Positions 55,601-61,833 of a stretch of DNA of 64,000 bases are shown here, one piece after another. The notes below the pieces were generated by a model. The model did not search any database and was not told the DNA's origin. It was given only the letters and a program-made list of their open reading frames with translations. Origin of the DNA: Microcystis sp. LSC13-02 (GTDB lineage Bacteria; Cyanobacteriota; Cyanobacteriia; Cyanobacteriales; Microcystaceae). The stretch lies in assembly GCF_002282935.1 (NCBI RefSeq), contig NZ_MTBT01000043.1, one strand, 5' to 3'. Numbering within the stretch: position 1 is the first letter of the stretch; each line of letters starts with the position of its first letter. Position numbers and translations under genes: made by a program.

Positions 55601-57577
55601 ATAATTACAGCATCGACTTGGGAATCTATTCTGCTTAAATCGGGGTTTTCTCAGGTAGAATTTGTTTCTCCTGATCAAAAAATAGGTAGTGTTTTATTTC
55701 AGCAAAGTATTATTCTGGCTCAAAGTTCCGAAATCTCCCCTAACCTCGCTAAAAACTGGCTAATTTTTACTGATGTTGACCCCCAACAAAATACTTTTCC
55801 CTTAGCGATTCAAGAGCAACTACTCAAAAAGTGTGATTCCTGTCGGATAATTTATCAAGGGGAGAAAAATACACAAATATCATCTTCTGAGTCTTGTTTG
55901 AATGCTAATCAACTACAACAATTAGAGGAATGGTTTGCGTCAAATCCATCTCCAGATCGAATTATTTATCTTTTGAATAGTGATGCCAAAGATCAACCAG
56001 AATCCATTTTATTAAATCGCTGTAACTATCTTTTAAATCTTCTCAAAGCTATTCAAACAATCCCTAATCCCCCTCAATTATTCCTTGTCACTCAGGGGGC
56101 CCAACCCTTTGAATTAGAACAGCCTTCTTTAGGGTTTCAGTCTCCTCTTTGGGCAATGGGGCGTGTTATTGCCCTAGAAAATCCGCAATTATGGGGAGGT
56201 ATGCTGGATCTTGATCCCGACCTTGATATTAATCAAAATATTACCGCATTACTATTAGGATTAACTCATGCTCACGATGAGGATCATTTGGTCTTCCGCA
56301 AAGGTCAAGGCTATGTTGCTCGTCTGCTTCCTCTGAAGTCTCTAGAGACAAAAACCGTTAAGATTCAACCTGAGGCTACCTACCTAATTACGGGAGGAAT
56401 AGGACATCTAGGCTTAGAATTGGCGGAACATTTAGTCAATTTAGGAGCAAAACATCTCATTTTAACGACACGCCGCTCATTACCAGCCCGCTTCCTGTGG
56501 GATTCAGCAGCCGAATTAGCTCAAATATCAGAAAAAATCAGAAAATTAGAGGAAAAAGGAGCATCAATCGAAGTGATTTCGGCAGACGTTGGCAATTTTG
56601 AGGCTATGCAGGCCATATTTACCCAGATTGAAAAAACCGCTTATCCCTTGCGTGGCATTTTCCATCTTGCCGGAATCTCAGGCCGACAAGCTCAATTAAA
56701 AGACTGTACTTTGCAGGATCTCGAAGCAGTTTTTCAGGCAAAAGTTAAGGGTTCTTGGAATTTACATCAACTATCTTTGGGTACTCAATTAGACTATTTT
56801 GTGCTGTTTTCTTCCGCGGGTGCTATTTGGGGGGCAAAGGAACAAGGCTTATATGATACTGTTAGTCATTGGCTGGATGCTTTGGCTCATTTCCGTCATC
56901 TTCAAGGGCTTCCTGCAACGGCTTTAAATTGGGCGTTATTGGCGGGTAATGGTATAGTTTCTCAAGACTATGAGGACTGGCTCAAACAGATTGGTATCAG
57001 GGAAATTGCTCCAGATATGGCCTTGAGGGTGATGGATGCTATTATGGCTTCTAATCAAACACAAGTTTTAATCGCTGATGTGGATTGGGTTCGTTTCAAA
57101 AATATCTATCAATTTAAAGGCGAGAAACCACTCCTAAAAAATTTAGGACTCTCAGAAATTCCCATTAAGTCTGTTCAAGAATCAGACTCTGTACTGGATC
57201 TTTTAGAGGATATTCCTTTAGGAGAACGTCGGGAATATTTGTTAGAATATGTTAGCAAACAAGTCAGAATTATTTTAGGGATTAAATCTATGCCAGATTC
57301 AGAACAAGGATTGATAGAAATGGGTATTGATTCCTTATCCTCTATTGAATTGAAAAATCGTTTAGAGAAAGGATTAGAAGTTCTCTTACCCACTTCTTTA
57401 GTCTTTGACTTTCCTAATATTAGACGCTTAGTTGATTATCTGTTTGACCGTATTTTCGGTGAAAAAGTTCAAAAAACAGCCCAGAAGATGATTAACTTCA
57501 CTGAAGTTCAGCAGGAGATTAGTGAGGATTTAATCTTACAAGAACTTACTGATTTGGAGGCTTTTTTAGGAGATTAA
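49682..57577 (+). CDS. mcyG: Microcystin synthetase McyG (hybrid loading/PKS: A-PCP-KS-AT-CM-KR-ACP)
   Basis: 2631 aa. Motifs: acyl-AMP ligase-type A domain (LLLFTSGSTGMPKGV, TGDLGY), carrier (FFELGGHSIHL), KS (VQTACSTGLVVVH, EAHGTGT, NIGHM), AT (FTGQGSQYAGM, GHSLGEY, HAFHSPLV), CM (ILEIGAGTGAT), KR (YLITGGIGHLG), ACP (MGIDSLSS). Confidence 0.97.
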   Translation: MSKHSISFGGQLEDNWRTLSEVLESATKHNNHGITYIKNDATEYFQSYQDLYQDALVILNGLEHKGIKLGHKVILQIAKNQDFIPALWACFLGGIIPVPLTVAPSYDLENSAVKKLENVWKILDNPLILSDSELITEIEKLGTYSHLEGWQVISVNELRKAPSKVHQLPIIDPQDTALLLFTSGSTGMPKGVILTHHNILSMTAGTVAMNHFTQQEVTLNWMPLDHVGAIVFLGIMAVDLACHQIHVPMELVLRQPLQWLDLIQKHQVSISWSPNFAFSLINQQAEELKHASYNLSSMKFLVNAGEQVSVKTIRLFLEILEKHQLRERAIKPAFGMTESCSGITWSAGLSKNELTEENSFVSLGKPIPGATIRIVDQENNPLPEREIGKLQIQGNSVTKGYYNNTELNLEVFQEGWFTTGDLGYLFNGELFITGREKQEIIINGVNYFAHELETTIEELEGVNVSYTAAFAVFDQSRETDLLIITFSPESDQFEHWIKVVRKIRSHLTQKFGIAPAYVIPLERNLVPKTSIGKVQKSKLKKDFEQGLFTSLIQEIDQYLAKERQKNQTLPQSENERQIAAVWSEVLQLTSVGLEDNFFELGGHSIHLIRVQNELEKLFNRQLSLAEMFKNPTVATLARFLSEESNTTQVIAQKSRQRAENRTRRHNETHDIAIIGMAGQFPGAKNLTTFWENLKNGIETISFFSEEELQESGVSQELFNQPNYVRARPILDQVEYFDSEFFGYTDREAELLDPQQRLLLECSWECLENAGYNPSTYQGAIGIFAGASMNTYLINNCYPNRGQLDSNDELQPFTLDSTGGFQTMVANDKDYLTTRISYKLNLQGPSVNVQTACSTGLVVVHLACQSLISGESDMALAGAASINSPQKIGYLYQEGLIMSPDGHCRAFDAEAKGTIFGSGVGVILLKRLSDALADHDHIYAVIKGSAINNDGGQKLGFTAPGGEGQIAAATEALAFAGVDANTISFVEAHGTGTPLGDPIEVDALGKVYQGANEGECALGSVKTNIGHMQIASGIAGLIKATLALKYRVIPPTLHFQNPNPQINFSQTPFYINNEAISWTTKQDKDEKLPRRAGVNSLGIGGVNAHVILEEAPPIIPQDNQSKRPYHLLTLSARTEPALTDLVSRYIDFLESQPEKDMSDVVFTANTGRVHFSNRLALTGYKNSDFIEQLRQFKQLDYQSTIHGIVDEKRPPKIAFLFTGQGSQYAGMAHQLYQTQPTFRKTLDAGENYYQKLTGKSLLNVVFADTDDPLNQTAYTQPALFLIEVALAQLWHSWGIQPAAILGHSLGEYSAACFAGVFDLESGLKLVTHRGNLMGQLPQNQGEMAAIFLDKNSVIEQCQSQGIKIAIAAINAEQHTVISGEKSVIQELCNHFNNAGVKVRQLKVSHAFHSPLVEPMVAEFKTILQETSFSQPQISLVSNLTGEIADDSIMTPEYWLQHLLNTVQFHQGALLLQSLGCDTFIEIGPQPILSGIVQSSLSSSEPLTLPSLRSGFSDWQVLLESLGKLYVRGAKIDWFSFDQDYHPRRCALPTYPFQKRQHWISLKTPSATVPRESNLVKMLSEKDKTTLMQTLLETGHYSEDEKPTISAIVQQLIKLYYQEKEDFNFAKLLYQVAWLPWDLANGKLQNLTPLKTDLEVYLEPQLHSSELMGVSLAFSEMEKLAADFVVKALKDLELFQMNTFLDPDQSFIQAELKQEYKSFWNHVLEILAKVGILEKQNTLWKIVKEPEHSNPDLAVEDLINHYPNAQIELNLFRQVATNLAAIITGKISPLSILFSQDGQGGASEFYKNTSSAKILNLGISKTVELLLSSYAPSASLRILEIGAGTGATTQQVLKACKSRQITYTFTDVSPFFLEKARDNLAEFSGLEYKVLDIEKSPKSQGFCCHSYDLIIAANVLHSTANLQEETLPHIQSLLRPGGHLLLLELTQQSSWIDLIFGLTQGWWRFSDYHLRPNHPIITASTWESILLKSGFSQVEFVSPDQKIGSVLFQQSIILAQSSEISPNLAKNWLIFTDVDPQQNTFPLAIQEQLLKKCDSCRIIYQGEKNTQISSSESCLNANQLQQLEEWFASNPSPDRIIYLLNSDAKDQPESILLNRCNYLLNLLKAIQTIPNPPQLFLVTQGAQPFELEQPSLGFQSPLWAMGRVIALENPQLWGGMLDLDPDLDINQNITALLLGLTHAHDEDHLVFRKGQGYVARLLPLKSLETKTVKIQPEATYLITGGIGHLGLELAEHLVNLGAKHLILTTRRSLPARFLWDSAAELAQISEKIRKLEEKGASIEVISADVGNFEAMQAIFTQIEKTAYPLRGIFHLAGISGRQAQLKDCTLQDLEAVFQAKVKGSWNLHQLSLGTQLDYFVLFSSAGAIWGAKEQGLYDTVSHWLDALAHFRHLQGLPATALNWALLAGNGIVSQDYEDWLKQIGIREIAPDMALRVMDAIMASNQTQVLIADVDWVRFKNIYQFKGEKPLLKNLGLSEIPIKSVQESDSVLDLLEDIPLGERREYLLEYVSKQVRIILGIKSMPDSEQGLIEMGIDSLSSIELKNRLEKGLEVLLPTSLVFDFPNIRRLVDYLFDRIFGEKVQKTAQKMINFTEVQQEISEDLILQELTDLEAFLGD

Positions 57578-57587
57578 ATAATCCTAA

Positions 57588-57629
57588 GCCTTGAAGTTAG
57601 AAAGCTTGAAGTTAAAAAAAATTCAAGGC
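57588..57629. repeat. 10-nt direct repeat CTTGAAGTTA x2 plus 8-bp inverted repeat GCCTTGAA / TTCAAGGC
   Basis: Read directly. The direct copies are at 57590-57599 and 57605-57614. The inverted-repeat arms are at 57588-57595 and 57622-57629. All lie in the 82-bp mcyG-mcyH spacer. Confidence 0.85.
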
Positions 57630-57659
57630 ATTTCCTAAAAGTTACCCTATATTAAAACT

Positions 57660-59417
57660 ATGCAAACTCCATTTTTTCAACAAGAAACCGCCAAAAGTTC
57701 TCATCAATTTTTTGATAATTTGAAATTGATTGCCGCTCCTTACTGGTATCCAACCGATCCTAAAGGAAGGACATTTTCAGAGGTAATAAGTTCATGGGGA
57801 ATGCTGTTTCTCCTCCTTTTAGTAATTGTTGGACTGGTGGCCTCTAATGCAGTTAATAGCTTCGTTAATCGCTATTTGGTTGATGTCATTATTCAAGATA
57901 AAAATGCCTCTAAGTTTCTGACAAGTTTATTACTTTATGGCTTAGGATTACTTTTAATTACCCTGTTTACTGCATTTTCTAAATTTGTTAAAAAAAGAAT
58001 TATTCTGGATTGGTATGAATGGCTAAATCAGCAGGTTGTTACCCAATATTTGAGCCATCGCGCTTATTATAAAATTAATTTTAGATCCGATGTGGATAAT
58101 CCAGATCAAAGGATCTCTCAAGAAATAGAACCCATTGCTAGAAATGCTGTTAATTTTGGGGCTATTTTATTAGAAAAAGTCTTAGAAATGACGACTTTTT
58201 TAGTAATTCTTTTCTCAATTTCCCGACTAGCCGCCTTGATTCTAGTGGCTTATACAATTATCGGCAACCTAATTGCTGTTTCTTTAAGTCGAGAATTAGA
58301 TAAGATTAGTCAAGAAGAACTGGAATCCAAAGCTAATTACACCTACACTTTAACTCATGTTCGGAATCATGCTGAATCCATTGCCTTTTTTCAAGGCGAA
58401 AATCAAGAGTTTAAAATAATTCAACGTCGATTTAATAATCTCGTCAGAAATTCTCTCAGTAAGATTGATTGGGAGAAAAATCAAGACATTTTTAGTCGAA
58501 GTTATCGCTCAGTTATTCAAATATTTCCCTTTGTCGTCTTCGCTCCAGCCTATATTCGCGGGGAAATTGATTTCGGACAAGTTAATCAGGCTATTATTGC
58601 TTGCAGTATGTTTGCTAATGGTTTTTCTGAGTTAATCCTTGAATTTGGTTCTTTGGGCAGATTTTCCAGTTATGTTGAGCGTCTATCTGAATTTTCTTCG
58701 GTCTTAGAAGAAATGGGACAACAACCCAAGGATGCTAGTACCATTAAAACCCTTGAAAAAAATCAGATCGAGTTTGAGGATGTTACTTTACAAACACCAG
58801 ATTATGAAAAGGTAATTGTTCAACATTTATCCCTATCTATCGAACCAGGCGAGGGTTTATTAATTGTCGGACCAAGTGGACGAGGTAAAAGTTCTCTATT
58901 AAGAGCTATTGCTGGCTTATGGAATGCAGGAACTGGTTGTTTAAAACGACCTCCCTTAGAACAATTTCTCTTTTTACCTCAACGTCCTTATATTATTTTA
59001 GGAACTCTCAGAGAACAGTTGCTTTATCCTAAAACAACCCGTGAAATGACCGATGGAGAACTTGAATCCGTTTTACAACAAGTTAATCTTCAAAATATAG
59101 CCACAAAAGTTCATGGCTTTGATGCGGAAGTCCCTTGGGAAAATATATTATCTTTAGGAGAACAACAACGCCTTGCTTTTGCCCGATTGTTAGTAACCCA
59201 TCCCCGCTATGTAATCTTAGATGAAGCCACAAGTGCTTTAGATTTGAACAACGAACAAACCTTATATGAGCAGTTACAAAAAGCACAGACAACTTTTATT
59301 AGCGTAGGACATAGAGAAAGTTTATTTAAGTATCATCAATGGGTGTTAGAACTTTTAGAGGATTCTAGTTGGCGACTTGTTTCCATAGATGATTATCGAT
59401 CCTCAAAATCTCTGTAA
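57660..59417 (+). CDS. mcyH: ABC transporter McyH (fused permease and ATPase)
   Basis: 585-aa ORF. The N-terminal half is a hydrophobic membrane domain. The C-terminal half has Walker A (GPSGRGKSS), the ABC signature (LSLGEQQRL) and Walker B (VILDEATSALD). An alternative start at Met48 (57801) would give 538 aa. Confidence 0.93.
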   Translation: MQTPFFQQETAKSSHQFFDNLKLIAAPYWYPTDPKGRTFSEVISSWGMLFLLLLVIVGLVASNAVNSFVNRYLVDVIIQDKNASKFLTSLLLYGLGLLLITLFTAFSKFVKKRIILDWYEWLNQQVVTQYLSHRAYYKINFRSDVDNPDQRISQEIEPIARNAVNFGAILLEKVLEMTTFLVILFSISRLAALILVAYTIIGNLIAVSLSRELDKISQEELESKANYTYTLTHVRNHAESIAFFQGENQEFKIIQRRFNNLVRNSLSKIDWEKNQDIFSRSYRSVIQIFPFVVFAPAYIRGEIDFGQVNQAIIACSMFANGFSELILEFGSLGRFSSYVERLSEFSSVLEEMGQQPKDASTIKTLEKNQIEFEDVTLQTPDYEKVIVQHLSLSIEPGEGLLIVGPSGRGKSSLLRAIAGLWNAGTGCLKRPPLEQFLFLPQRPYIILGTLREQLLYPKTTREMTDGELESVLQQVNLQNIATKVHGFDAEVPWENILSLGEQQRLAFARLLVTHPRYVILDEATSALDLNNEQTLYEQLQKAQTTFISVGHRESLFKYHQWVLELLEDSSWRLVSIDDYRSSKSL

Positions 59418-59455
59418 CTGTTTCATTGCTAAAACTCAATTTAGGAAAAATTACG

Positions 59456-60469
59456 ATGACTACTACTTCACCAAAAACTCTGACTATGGATATTCAAAAA
59501 CCCAGGGTTCTTTTAATCGGAAAAATGTATGATGAAGCGGGGGAAAAACTTCTTGAAGAATCTACTAATATAGAGATTTTGTCCAACCCTACACCAGATA
59601 AAATTAATGAGGCCATTCAAGAAGTATCTGGCGTTTTTGTGCGTTATCCTAATAAGTTAGAGGCTTCATCAATCCGATTAGCAAAACACTTAAAAGTAAT
59701 TAGTACCTCTGGATTTGGCACAGATTCTATTGATATTATGGCAGCAACAGAACAGGGTGTTATCGTTGTTAATAATCCCGGAATGTCAACTACAGCTGTG
59801 GCAGAACACACCTTATCTATGATTTTAGCCCTTGCCAAAAAGCTCCCTTTTTTCGATCATTGTGTGAAAAAGGGTAACTATTTAATTCGCAATCAGAGCC
59901 AACCGATTCAACTCGAAAACAAGACCCTCGGTATTGTGGGTTTAGGAAGAATTGGTACTCTGGTGGCTCACAAATGTAACCTAGCACTGGGGATGAGAGT
60001 ATTAGCTTATGATCCCTATGTTCCAGCCAGCAAAGCGGAGACAGTAGGAGCAACTTGGGTCAAAGATTTAGATGTTCTTCTGGCTGAATCGGACTTTGTT
60101 TCTTTGCATCCTGAACTAACAAGTGAAACACGGGAAATGTTTAATATCTCAGTTTTTAAAAAGATGAAACCAACAGCTTTTTTAATTAATACCTCCCGGG
60201 GAAAAGTCGTTTGTGAAAAGGATTTAGGGATCGCCCTTAATCAAAAATTGATAGCTGGATGCGCCCTAGATGTCTTTGAACCAGAACCGCCGGCTTTAGA
60301 TAATCCTTTATATAATTTTGAGAATGTCATTCTCTCACCTCATTTAGCCGGAGTAACCCCTGAAGCGAGTCTAGCGGCTGCTGTTTCGGCGGCGAATCAA
60401 ATATTACAAGTGCTTCAGGGAGAGAAGCCCCCTTATATGATTAATCCAGAGGTGTGGAATCTTTTTTAA
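59456..60469 (+). CDS. mcyI: D-isomer-specific 2-hydroxyacid dehydrogenase McyI (PGDH-like)
   Basis: The track ORF starts at TTG 59426 (347 aa). The ATG at 59456 gives 337 aa, the size I recall for McyI. The NAD-binding motif GIVGLGRIGTLVA is present, and the catalytic region is typical of this family (SRG ... LDVFEPEP ... SPHLAG). Confidence 0.9.
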   Translation: MTTTSPKTLTMDIQKPRVLLIGKMYDEAGEKLLEESTNIEILSNPTPDKINEAIQEVSGVFVRYPNKLEASSIRLAKHLKVISTSGFGTDSIDIMAATEQGVIVVNNPGMSTTAVAEHTLSMILALAKKLPFFDHCVKKGNYLIRNQSQPIQLENKTLGIVGLGRIGTLVAHKCNLALGMRVLAYDPYVPASKAETVGATWVKDLDVLLAESDFVSLHPELTSETREMFNISVFKKMKPTAFLINTSRGKVVCEKDLGIALNQKLIAGCALDVFEPEPPALDNPLYNFENVILSPHLAGVTPEASLAAAVSAANQILQVLQGEKPPYMINPEVWNLF

Positions 60470-60531
60470 AGCATCTAGAGAATCTCAGGGATTCGGTTAA
60501 TTAAAAATGACAATATTTCTGAAAAATCCTT

Positions 60532-60537
60532 AGGAGG
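60532..60537 (+). promoter_or_regulatory. Shine-Dalgarno sequence AGGAGG for mcyJ
   Basis: AGGAGG at 60532-60537, an 8-nt spacer (ataataat), then TTG at 60546. Confidence 0.7.
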
Positions 60538-60545
60538 ATAATAAT

Positions 60546-61481
60546 TTGGAAAACATCGGCAAAATTCCCCTCAAAGATGAATGGCGTAATCGCTGGGCAA
60601 TCATCAAACAATTTGTCCTTAATCCAGCTCGAGAAATGGCGTTTTTGCAAGATCAGTTTCAAGTTTCTGAACTGTATACTAATATAGCGAAACGCGATCC
60701 TCATCTTCAGGATCCTAATTTTCCCCAATGGCTTAATTTTGGTTATTGGAAAGAAGAAACAACTTATAACGGAGCTTGTGCCGCTTTAGCGCGTAAATTA
60801 GCCGAAGTGGCCGAACTTAAAGCCGGAGATCACCTTTTGGATGTGGGTTTCGGTTTTGCTGAACAGGATTTACTCTGGGTAAGAGAAAACAATGTTGGCT
60901 CAATTATCGGTCTAAATACAACCGAGTTACAAGTAGAAATTGCTCAAGAAAGAGTAGCTAAAGCAGGGTTATCGGACAGGATAAAACTTCAAGTCGGCTC
61001 GGCTACTCAAATACCCTTTCCTGAGAATTCTTTTGATAAGTTGACCGCTTTAGAATGTGCTTTTCATTTTGACACTCGTGAGGATTTTTTTGCGGAAGCT
61101 TTTCGAGTTTTGCAGCCCGGTGGAAGGTTGGCTATAGCGGATTGTTTGCCTAGAGTGGGGCGAGAAATTAACTTCTGGCTGCGGGTTAATAGTAAGAAAA
61201 TGTGTATTCCCTTTGCTAATCAATACGACCGACATACTTATGTAGAAAAACTCAAAAAGCATGGATTTGTTAATATCCAAGCTTTATCTATTAGTGAATA
61301 TGTTTGGCCGGCAATGGTTCATTATTTTGCCCAGATTAGCCAAGGGATTAGTAAGCATGATTTAGTTATCGATCTCCAGAAAGATAACCCGGGACTTGAA
61401 GCTTGGTCAAGAAATCGGGGTTGGTTTATGGCGTTTGATGATTATCTTTTGTTTTCGGCAGAAAAGCCTAAATTAAACTGA
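60546..61481 (+). CDS. mcyJ: SAM-dependent O-methyltransferase McyJ
   Basis: 311 aa from a TTG start with a strong SD. The SAM-binding motif LLDVGFGFAEQD and the downstream LQPGGRLAIAD are present. It is the last gene of the plus-strand mcy operon. Confidence 0.93.
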   Translation: MENIGKIPLKDEWRNRWAIIKQFVLNPAREMAFLQDQFQVSELYTNIAKRDPHLQDPNFPQWLNFGYWKEETTYNGACAALARKLAEVAELKAGDHLLDVGFGFAEQDLLWVRENNVGSIIGLNTTELQVEIAQERVAKAGLSDRIKLQVGSATQIPFPENSFDKLTALECAFHFDTREDFFAEAFRVLQPGGRLAIADCLPRVGREINFWLRVNSKKMCIPFANQYDRHTYVEKLKKHGFVNIQALSISEYVWPAMVHYFAQISQGISKHDLVIDLQKDNPGLEAWSRNRGWFMAFDDYLLFSAEKPKLN

Positions 61482-61813
61482 GTTCGGGTTAAGCAGATTG
61501 ATGTAAAACCCAGTCCATCGGTAGGGAGGACTTCTTGTTAGCGATCGCCTATTAACCAAGGAGTTGAGAATCTAGAATTGGCCAAGGTTTTCTAACACTC
61601 CCTTCTATAGCGTTATCCCGAACGCCGGTTAAGCTAGAAATCGCTAGTCACCCCCCCAGATGGACGGCACAAACTAGATAAATCAGGAGATTCCACCGCT
61701 AGGGATAAACGGTCATTTTCGCTATCGAGACTAAACTTGACTAAATTATTCTTTTGGTCAGCTAAAACCGCCACTAATTCCCAACAACGGATTAATTGTT
61801 TGCGGTCTAAAAT
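61482..61813 (-). pseudogene. dnaN: 5-prime-truncated, frameshifted remnant of dnaN (DNA polymerase III beta clamp, C-terminal third)
   Basis: The clean in-frame block 61813-61637 (59 codons) reads ILDRKQLIRCWELVAVLADQKNNLVKFSLDSENDRLSLAVESPDLSSLCRPSGGVTSDF*. The core DRK.L....E..AVLADQ.NN.....LD.EN.RL.LAV matches the domain-III segment of cyanobacterial DnaN as I remember it. A stop lies immediately upstream (61816-61814). Downstream similarity continues only in shifted frames with stops (..AFGITL*KGVLENLGQF*ILNS..). A C7 homopolymer run lies at 61651-61657. Confidence 0.6.
61541..61548. repeat. HIP1 octamer GCGATCGC
   Basis: Exact match read from the sequence, inside the dnaN remnant. Confidence 0.95.
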
Positions 61814-61833
61814 TTAGGAATTAGCAGATATAG

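Noticed and set aside
7061-61481. About 25 short ORFs (60-90 aa) on the opposite strand or in alternative frames inside the mcy genes (for example 8464..8652, 13984..14178, 18075..18347, 31186..31407, 44469..44717, 55065..55295)
   Set aside because: All are embedded in long ORFs that have continuous NRPS/PKS motif content. Spurious ORFs of this size are expected in AT-rich megasynthase genes.
7061-61481. The idea that this large NRPS/PKS locus is a novel biosynthetic cluster
   Set aside because: The gene order, sizes, domain architecture, accessory genes (racemase, ABC transporter, PGDH-like dehydrogenase, O-methyltransferase) and four A-domain codes all match the described Microcystis microcystin synthetase cluster.
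61814-61833. Search for IS or MITE termini, or target-site duplications, at the dnaN breakpoint
   Set aside because: Only 20 nt separate the dnaN remnant from the stop of the next ORF. I saw no terminal inverted repeat, no direct repeat and no transposase fragment, so the mechanism of the rearrangement cannot be inferred from this window.
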